NCBI GenBank assembly: GCA_038217285.1
Contig: JBBQPO010000135.1
Span: 1 to 16,269, forward strand
Direction of reading: 5' to 3'
Length of the DNA stretch: 16,269 bases
From: Chthonomonadales bacterium
GTDB lineage: Bacteria > Armatimonadota > Chthonomonadetes > Chthonomonadales > Chthonomonadaceae
Within the stretch, counting starts at the first letter, position 1. Every line of letters starts with the position of its first letter. Positions 7,499 to 13,335 of this stretch are shown one piece after another. The notes beneath the pieces were generated by a model, which was not told the origin of the DNA, ran no database searches, and saw only the letters and a program-made list of their open reading frames with translations. The position numbers and the translations under genes are program-made.

Positions 7499-7734
7499 CC
7501 GCATCCAACGCCTTTGCGGGGTCCGCCCCTGAAGGAGCGGCCTGATGCGCAAACCCCGCTGAATCGGGCTGGGTGCGACCCAGTAACAGTTATGGTTCGC
7601 AGCGAATAGACGCCGCCGCTCTTATCGCGCTCACGCCCTGCCCAGGCCCGTTCACGGGCCTTACGAAAAGCAGACCGCTCCTTTAGGAGCGGGATAACGG
7701 CCAGGAGTAGCCGCAACCAGCGCCTTTGCGGGGT
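7491..7734. repeat. REP/REPIN-like composite: 32-bp direct repeats enclosing ~50-bp imperfect inverted arms built of small hairpins
   Basis: 7491-7522 and 7703-7734 match at 30/32. The arms 7523-7573 and 7641-7692 carry CCGCCCCTGAAGGAGCGG / CCGCTCCTTTAGGAGCGG and CCCGCTGAATCGGG / CCCGTTCACGGG. Confidence 0.75.
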
Positions 7735-7753
7735 AAACTATCTGCACTACAAT
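7725..7753 (+). promoter_or_regulatory. Candidate sigma70-type promoter of the aminotransferase gene
   Basis: TTTGCG(7725-7730)-N17-TACAAT(7748-7753), followed by GAGGAG RBS at 7762-7767. Confidence 0.45.
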
Positions 7754-7769
7754 GCCCCAATGAGGAGAG

Positions 7770-8951
7770 TTGACTGTGATTGCACGCGCAAAGCGCCTTG
7801 ATACGATACCCCCGTACCTGTTTGGAGAGATCGCCGCCTTAAAACGCAAGGCCGTCGCGGAAGGCCGCGACCTTGTCGATCTCGGCATCGGCGACCCCGA
7901 CCAGCCGACCCCCGCCCCGATCATCGAGGCGTTGACACAGGCCGCCCACAACCCGGAAACCCACCGTTACGACGAGAGCAACGCCGGCTGGACGCCTTTT
8001 CTGGAGGCCGTCAGCGCGTTCAGCCGCCGCCGCTTCGGGATCGACATCGACCCCACCACGGAGGCGATGCTGCTCATCGGCAGCAAGGAGGGGCTTTCGC
8101 ATCTGGCCTGGTCCTACATCGATCCGGGCGACATTTCGCTGGTTCCCGACCCCGCCTACACCGTCTATAAGGTCAACACGCTGATGGCGGGCGGCGAAGT
8201 CTACACGATGCCTCTGCTCGAATCGAACGGCTTCCTGCCCGACCTGAGCACCATTCCCTCGGACGTGGCGAAGCGGGCTAAACTGCTCTGGCTCAACTAT
8301 CCGAACAACCCGACCGGAGCCATCGCGCCGCTCTCCTTCTATGCCGAGGCCGTCGCCTTCGCGCGCGAGAACGATCTGCTCATCGTCAACGACGCTGCCT
8401 ACTCCGAAGTCTACTACGGCGCCTATCGGCCCCCGTCGGTTCTCCAGGTGCCGGGCGCGAAAGAGGTCGCGATAGAGCTACACTCGCTCTCCAAATCGTT
8501 CAACATGACCGGCTGGCGCATCGGCTTCGCCATCGGCAACGCGGAAGCGATCAGCACACTGAACAAGCTCAAGTCCAACCTGGACAGCAAGCAGTTCCCG
8601 GCTGTCTCCCTCGCCGCCGCGCACGCGCTGCTGCACGGCGACAATCAGCGCACCCTCGACCTCTACGAGCGTCGCCGCGACATCCTCTGCGACGGCCTGA
8701 ACGCCCTGGGCTGGAACGTAAGCAAACCGCAGTCCACTCTCTACATCTGGGCCAAAGTGCCGCCGGGCCAGACCTCCATGTCTTTCTCGAAGCTGCTCTT
8801 AGAGGAAGCTGGCGTGCTGGTCATTCCCGGCGTTGGCTACGGCGAGTACGGCGAAGGCTACATCCGCATGTCCCTCACCGTCATGGGCGACAAGCACGGC
8901 GAACGCCTCCAGGAAGCCGTCGACCGCATTGCCAAACACATCAAACTGTAG
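7770..8951 (+). CDS. dapL: Class I/II PLP-dependent aminotransferase, probably LL-diaminopimelate aminotransferase
   Basis: IPPYLF, DLGIGDPDQPTP, LIGSKEGL, LNYPNNPTGA, DAAYSE, PLP-lysine motif SLSKSFNMTGWRIG, KSNLDS, GEGYIRMSLT. Family is secure; substrate is inferred. Start may be GTG at 7776. Confidence 0.78.
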   Translation: MTVIARAKRLDTIPPYLFGEIAALKRKAVAEGRDLVDLGIGDPDQPTPAPIIEALTQAAHNPETHRYDESNAGWTPFLEAVSAFSRRRFGIDIDPTTEAMLLIGSKEGLSHLAWSYIDPGDISLVPDPAYTVYKVNTLMAGGEVYTMPLLESNGFLPDLSTIPSDVAKRAKLLWLNYPNNPTGAIAPLSFYAEAVAFARENDLLIVNDAAYSEVYYGAYRPPSVLQVPGAKEVAIELHSLSKSFNMTGWRIGFAIGNAEAISTLNKLKSNLDSKQFPAVSLAAAHALLHGDNQRTLDLYERRRDILCDGLNALGWNVSKPQSTLYIWAKVPPGQTSMSFSKLLLEEAGVLVIPGVGYGEYGEGYIRMSLTVMGDKHGERLQEAVDRIAKHIKL

Positions 8952-8985
8952 AGGTTTTACCACCCGCTTCGCTAGAGTAGGTGTC

Positions 8986-9036
8986 CAGCTATTAGCGGGT
9001 TTCCCCGCTAATAGCTGCGCCTTAGGCGCAGTTATT
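8986..9036. repeat. Two overlapping, mutually exclusive inverted repeats
   Basis: CAGCTATTAGCGGG/CCCGCTAATAGCTG (8986-9017, perfect 14 bp) and AATAGCTGCGCC/GGCGCAGTTATT (9010-9036, 11/12). Confidence 0.7.
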
Positions 9037-9055
9037 CAGAAGACATAGAGCCACA

Positions 9056-9110
9056 GAAAAAATGACGGAGAGAGGAAAGGTTTTTGACTTTTCCCTTCTC
9101 CGTCTTTTTC
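9056..9110 (+). terminator. Probable intrinsic terminator after the aminotransferase gene
   Basis: GACGGAGA (9064-9071) pairs with TCTCCGTC (9097-9104), with inner GGAAAG/CTTTTCC pairing. T-run follows and A-run precedes. Confidence 0.6.
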
Positions 9111-9162
9111 CGTCTTATTTCTACCAACGGTCAGTCAGCCGAGATAACACTCTTCTTTGCGT

Positions 9163-9208
9163 TTTACAGTGTCAGAAAATTGTGGTACGATTAGGATAGT
9201 ACTGTAAA
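9163..9208 (+). promoter_or_regulatory. Sigma70-type promoter with extended -10 and flanking inverted repeat (candidate operator)
   Basis: TTTACA(9163-9168)-N17-TACGAT(9186-9191) with TG at 9183-9184. TTTACAGT (9163-9170) and ACTGTAAA (9201-9208) are inverted. GAGGT RBS follows. Confidence 0.7.
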
Positions 9209-9224
9209 GCGAGGTATATACCGA

Positions 9225-10460
9225 ATGTGTTCAGACGCACTCAAGCAGTTGGCACCCGCAGAGTTGGGGCACCGCTTAGCAACCGCTCGACGCAATCGTA
9301 ATCTTTCTCAGGAGGAAGTCGCAGCAAAGTTGGACGTCTCGCGCCCAACGCTCGTTGCTCTAGAGAAGGGCACACGACCGGTAAAACCGGACGAGTTGAT
9401 CATTTTGGCGCAGTTGTATGGTCGTTCTGTCCATGAACTGGTGAGCCAGCGCGAATTCATGGCTGACTTCGCCCCCAGGTTTCGTAATACTCAGTTTGGC
9501 GACGTGTCCTCGAACACTGTGGCGGCGGCTGTCAATACGTTTCAACGTGCATGTGAAGACTATCTGGCGCTCGAAACGCTTCTTGACGCCCCCATGCCAC
9601 GCTACCAATACCCGGAACCCTATTCCAGGGGAGGGCTGAGTCCGCAGGCTGCTGCCGAAGAAGTTGCGACGATGGAGCGCTCACGTCTCAATTTAGGGCA
9701 AGGCCCTCTCCCCAATCTGTTGGAAGTCTTGGAAAACGATATTGGCCTCAGGGTTTTTGTCTTGACTTTAGGAGAGTTCAAGATTGCCGGCATGTTCGTC
9801 TACACGGATCGCCTGGGTGGATGCGTACTCGTCAACGGCCAACATCCGCCTACCCGACAGAACTGGTCTATGGCGCATGAGTATGCCCACTTTCTGGCGG
9901 ATCGTTTCCGCGAGGATATTACGATCCTGTTTAAGTACGAGCGCCGTCCGCACTCGGAACAGTTCGCAGATGCCTTCGCCGCCAGCTTTCTAATGCCGGC
10001 TGCGGGCCTGCGTCAGCGTTTCCGCCGCATTGTCCAGAGCCGAAAAGACTTCACTGTTTCCAGCCTGTGCCTGCTGGCAGATCAGTACAGTGTGTCCGTA
10101 GAGGCTATGACACGCCGTCTGGAAGGGCTCGGGTGTGTGCAAAACGGAACGTGGGAGGGATTATCGGCGCAGGGGTTCGAAAGCAGCCGTGTGCGCGCTC
10201 ATTTAGGACTGAACGCCCCGCCGGCAGTTCGACAGCGCCTCCCGGAACGCTACGTGCGCCTTGCGGTAGAAGCCTTTGAAGAGGAGCGGATTACCGAGTC
10301 GGAGCTGATGCGCCTGCTCCATTGCAGTCGCGTCGAGGCCAGGGAGATTGTAGATGCTCTCACACAACCGACCGAAGTGGGCCTGTCCGGGGAGACCTAT
10401 CAACTCGATCTGAATTTTGGCGATACGTTACGCCTGGACCCAGGAGAGAAAACGGCATGA
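9225..10460 (+). CDS. XRE-family HTH fused to an ImmA/IrrE (peptidase M78, COG2856-type) zinc metallopeptidase
   Basis: HTH: RLATARRNRNLSQEEVAAKLDVSRPTLVALEKG. Peptidase: RQNWSMAHEYAH (HExxH) and EQFADAFAASFLMP. Confidence 0.93.
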   Translation: MCSDALKQLAPAELGHRLATARRNRNLSQEEVAAKLDVSRPTLVALEKGTRPVKPDELIILAQLYGRSVHELVSQREFMADFAPRFRNTQFGDVSSNTVAAAVNTFQRACEDYLALETLLDAPMPRYQYPEPYSRGGLSPQAAAEEVATMERSRLNLGQGPLPNLLEVLENDIGLRVFVLTLGEFKIAGMFVYTDRLGGCVLVNGQHPPTRQNWSMAHEYAHFLADRFREDITILFKYERRPHSEQFADAFAASFLMPAAGLRQRFRRIVQSRKDFTVSSLCLLADQYSVSVEAMTRRLEGLGCVQNGTWEGLSAQGFESSRVRAHLGLNAPPAVRQRLPERYVRLAVEAFEEERITESELMRLLHCSRVEAREIVDALTQPTEVGLSGETYQLDLNFGDTLRLDPGEKTA

Positions 10461-11008
10461 CACTCTCCCAGGGAATGGTATGGGATGCGTGCACGACGCT
10501 CAACCTTATGGCGACCGACCGCGCCCCGGAAATACTCGTCGCCCTCGGCACTCCCTCTTATATCGTGAAAGAGGTGCGTGAGGGAGAAGTCTTTTCCCTG
10601 TTTCCCCTACCGGAAGACGATCCAAAAGGAAACCCGGTTTCCGTCGATCTTACCCCGCTCCTCGAATCCGGAATTTTGCAGGAAGTGGAGATGACCTTAG
10701 CGGAGCAGGCCACGTTTGTCGCGTTCGCCGCAGAAGTAGACGATGGTGAGGCGCGTTCGTCGGCAGTGGCAGTGCATCGCGGTTTGACATTGGTAACCGA
10801 CGATAAGGTGAGCATTCGCCACGCGCAGGCGCTCGTCCCTCCCTTGAACGTGTTGACGACGATAGACTGGGTAAAGAGATGGGTCGATACGCAAGCCGTG
10901 GACGATGCCACACTGGGTGCGGTCCTGCGCCGCATCGAAATCTGCGCGCACTATCGCCCACGTCGCAATCATGCCTTAAAACCCTGGTGGGAAGCCCATC
11001 TGCCATGA
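10457..11008 (+). CDS. PIN-domain-like protein (183 aa), candidate toxin/nuclease
   Basis: ATGA overlap with the upstream gene. PIN acidic pattern VWDACTTLNL...VKEVREGE...VDDGEARSSAVA...LTLVTDDK. Confidence 0.8.
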   Translation: MTLSQGMVWDACTTLNLMATDRAPEILVALGTPSYIVKEVREGEVFSLFPLPEDDPKGNPVSVDLTPLLESGILQEVEMTLAEQATFVAFAAEVDDGEARSSAVAVHRGLTLVTDDKVSIRHAQALVPPLNVLTTIDWVKRWVDTQAVDDATLGAVLRRIEICAHYRPRRNHALKPWWEAHLP

Positions 11009-11104
11009 ATCTACAGGCGCCAATGCAGTCCATTCTCCACGCACCCCCCGGTCCCTTCCGGCCCGTGGTCGATGATCGCGCTGTAGCGCTGCCCTACGAC
11101 CACA

Positions 11105-11248
11105 GCGGTTGCGCCGCCGTCTCAGGAAGCCGGCGGCGGCCAGTCCGAGACCGGTCAAAAGGCCTCAGGCTCCAGGTTCCGGGGTGGCGGCTACAGCTCC
11201 GGAGATCAGATGCACCGAATGCAGTTGATCATTGAGAAGCCAACCCGT
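11105..11248 (-). pseudogene. 3' remnant of a PEP-CTERM protein gene
   Basis: One frame reads TGWLLNDQLHSVHLISGAVAATPEPGA*GLLTGLGLAAAGFLRRRRNR: PEP motif, hydrophobic helix, basic cluster. In-frame TGA at 11165-11167; no start upstream. Confidence 0.75.
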
Positions 11249-11264
11249 TCACGGGTGGGAGAGT

Positions 11265-12266
11265 TCACAGTTCGGATTGCCTATGCTGTTGCTGAAACTC
11301 CTGCCACTGCATCAGGTCCAGATGGCCGGGCGGTGGCAGAGGCGCGCGTCGTACAGGCGCCATCAGGGTATAGAGTTCGTTTGTGGGCGGCTCATATTCG
11401 GCGAAGGCGTAGAAGATGCCATTGGGCGCCAGGAGATCGAGGGTGCGCTCAAACCAGGCGACATAGGCCGGATCCGGCCCATATCCGACAGCGGCCAGGG
11501 CAGGGTGGCGCTGGAGGTATTGCTCTGCAAGCGCCCGTGGGGGCAGGAACCAGGTTTTGGGGTCTGCAAAGAGCCGCTGCTCACTTGCGCTTGTGTAGAA
11601 ATGCACCGAACTGCCCTGTCCCAGCCTTTTTTCAATGCTCTGGGTCAGCTCGAACGGCATCGTGCCGGGCCCCTGTTCGCCCCGGTTATGGATCCAGGCC
11701 GCAGGCGCAATCGCGCAGCGCCATGTGCCCAGAGCATAGATGTAGGGACAGGCGCGCAGGCGCTCGAAGCCCATCTTGTGCAGTTCCCGCACCATCAACA
11801 GAACATTGCGATAGGGAGAGACGCACAGTGACTCGACCGTCGCCAGCAGCCCCAGATCGCGTTGTCGAGTCGCCGCGTTGGCCGACTGCTGAAGACGCGT
11901 ACCTGCCTCCCGGGGATCGCACCACCGCAGCGTCGCCGAGTCGGAACGCACGGCGTCCGCGCCTTCGCAGAGTACGCCTGCAAAATGGCAGCCGACGCTG
12001 TTCGGCGTCACCCAGACGTTGCCGACAGGATAGACGCTGGCAGCAACCTGCCCGACCTGCTCCTGTAGACATCGGGCCAGCGCTGCGGAGGGCCTCTCTT
12101 TCGGCATCCGCTTGACCTTGCTGAAGGTGGCGCTGACGCGATACGGATGCCCTTCCGGCTCCGCAACCAGAACCTGTCCGACCTGATTGACCGGCACAAA
12201 ACCGATGTGCGTCACCCCGGCCGGCACCACCGCATCTATCGCCTCCCACAGTTCTTCCGCGATCAT
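11265..12266 (-). CDS. Two-domain protein: degenerate Nudix-like N-terminal domain plus uncharacterised C-terminal domain (333 aa)
   Basis: GGAGGA precedes the ATG at 12266. FVPVNQVGQVLVAEP...TFSKVKRMPKERPSAALARCLQEQVG keeps Nudix-box spacing with key residues substituted. Confidence 0.75.
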   Translation of the reverse strand: MIAEELWEAIDAVVPAGVTHIGFVPVNQVGQVLVAEPEGHPYRVSATFSKVKRMPKERPSAALARCLQEQVGQVAASVYPVGNVWVTPNSVGCHFAGVLCEGADAVRSDSATLRWCDPREAGTRLQQSANAATRQRDLGLLATVESLCVSPYRNVLLMVRELHKMGFERLRACPYIYALGTWRCAIAPAAWIHNRGEQGPGTMPFELTQSIEKRLGQGSSVHFYTSASEQRLFADPKTWFLPPRALAEQYLQRHPALAAVGYGPDPAYVAWFERTLDLLAPNGIFYAFAEYEPPTNELYTLMAPVRRAPLPPPGHLDLMQWQEFQQQHRQSEL

Positions 12267-12329
12267 CTGTCCTCCAAAATCTCGTTCGAACACGCAGCGC
12301 TGCCTCGCTTCCGTTTCACCGGTTCGGCA

Positions 12330-12437
12330 GACCTGCCTGAACTCGGACATTCAGGACTTTCGGAGGGACGATAATTGCGAACGGACTGGCAATCATAGTC
12401 TTCCTTCCCATTCCGTAACTCCGAGTTCAGGCAGTTC
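12330..12437. repeat. Inverted-repeat-bounded 108-bp segment (MITE-like or long stem-loop)
   Basis: CTGCCTGAACTCGGA (12333-12347) and TCCGAGTTCAGGCAG (12420-12434) are perfect 15-bp inverted repeats, 17/18 when extended, with a 72-bp spacer. Confidence 0.65.
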
Positions 12438-12457
12438 GCTCAAGCCTATCAACGAAC

Positions 12458-13045
12458 TTATGGCAGGGTGACATCCGCCGTGCCGTTGACGGTGAAGCTG
12501 CCGGTCGCCCCTGATGTGTTGTCGGCGCCTGCCGCGAAGGTGGCGTTGACCACGCGGAGTTTGTAGTTTTTGCCCGTGATGCTGTCCACGACCGCAGTGC
12601 CGCCGGTGGCGACCCAGCCCGGTGCGCCGCTCAGGCCACTCTGAACGTAGGTTAGTGTGCTGGCACTGTTGATGCCCGTGCTGGAAAACGTATATGTCTT
12701 GCCTGCCTGAACGGGGCCGGTGTCCACCAGACTGATCGTAAACGTGCGCGAATTAGATCCCGAAATGTTTGTGCCGGTGATGTTGAACAGGGTAAAGGCG
12801 CCGGCGCTGGTGGCGGCCAGGGCATTCGTCGATTGGAACGCTGAGGTGTTGGCGTTCGTCCCGGACAAGTTGGAGAATGTTGCGGTGACGCCGCCTGTAC
12901 CGGTGGACGGGTTCTGGCCGCTGGGACCGTTGCCGCTGCCGCCGCAGCCGACGAGCATGGTGCCGCCGATCAGACTCAGAACGGCGAGGGTGTACGCGAG
13001 AGTGCGGCCGCGAAGCGAGAAAGACGATTTCGATGCGTGTGACAT
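12458..13045 (-). CDS. Predicted lipoprotein, G/S/T/N-rich, beta-rich single domain (195 aa)
   Basis: AAGGAG before the ATG at 13045. Basic n-region, hydrophobic h-region, lipobox LVGC, then a GGSGNGPSG linker. Confidence 0.85.
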   Translation of the reverse strand: MSHASKSSFSLRGRTLAYTLAVLSLIGGTMLVGCGGSGNGPSGQNPSTGTGGVTATFSNLSGTNANTSAFQSTNALAATSAGAFTLFNITGTNISGSNSRTFTISLVDTGPVQAGKTYTFSSTGINSASTLTYVQSGLSGAPGWVATGGTAVVDSITGKNYKLRVVNATFAAGADNTSGATGSFTVNGTADVTLP

Positions 13046-13168
13046 AGCGACAATGCTCCTTGAAACGGTCATGTTGGACGGACTATCGATTGTGGCTGGG
13101 AACGAACAGCGGGTGGGCGCAGGTTCCGGCCTCGCCTGGATCTACCCGTGTTTGTCCCAACCAGTCCT

Positions 13169-13202
13169 AGTCTACGCGCGGCCCGTATACACACCGTATA
13201 CA
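13169..13202 (-). promoter_or_regulatory. SARP/AfsR-box-like promoter: two 9-bp direct repeats (11-bp period) 8 nt upstream of a -10 element
   Basis: The - strand reads TGTATACGG-tg-TGTATACGG-gccgcgcg-TAGACT (repeats at 13194-13202 and 13183-13191; -10 at 13169-13174). Confidence 0.7.
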
Positions 13203-13262
13203 AACGGAGCATCAACCCCATGATTTGGCCCGAACATCAGAAATTATTATCGCTGAGGCAGC

Positions 13263-13292
13263 AAAAACCGCGTTTGCGGGTGCAGACGCGGT
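13263..13292 (-). terminator. Intrinsic terminator downstream of the regulator gene
   Basis: The - strand reads ACCGCGTCTGC-ACCC-GCAAACGCGGT followed by TTTT (10/11 pairs). Confidence 0.7.
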
Positions 13293-13335
13293 GAGAGATC
13301 TCCCGTAGAGGCGTTGACCGGCCTATTTCGGGTGT

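Noticed and set aside
7491-7734. Mini CRISPR array (32-bp repeats)
   Set aside because: Only two repeats, a 180-bp structured spacer, no cas genes, and one repeat overlaps a coding end.
11005-11235. Third gene (76 aa) coupled by ATGA to the PIN gene
   Set aside because: It is R/P-rich with no motif and is better explained as the antisense shadow of the PEP-CTERM remnant.
11105-11267. Read-through fusion of the Nudix-like protein to the PEP-CTERM tail
   Set aside because: The frames differ, further TGA stops intervene (11249-11251, 11165-11167), and the Nudix-like protein lacks a signal peptide.
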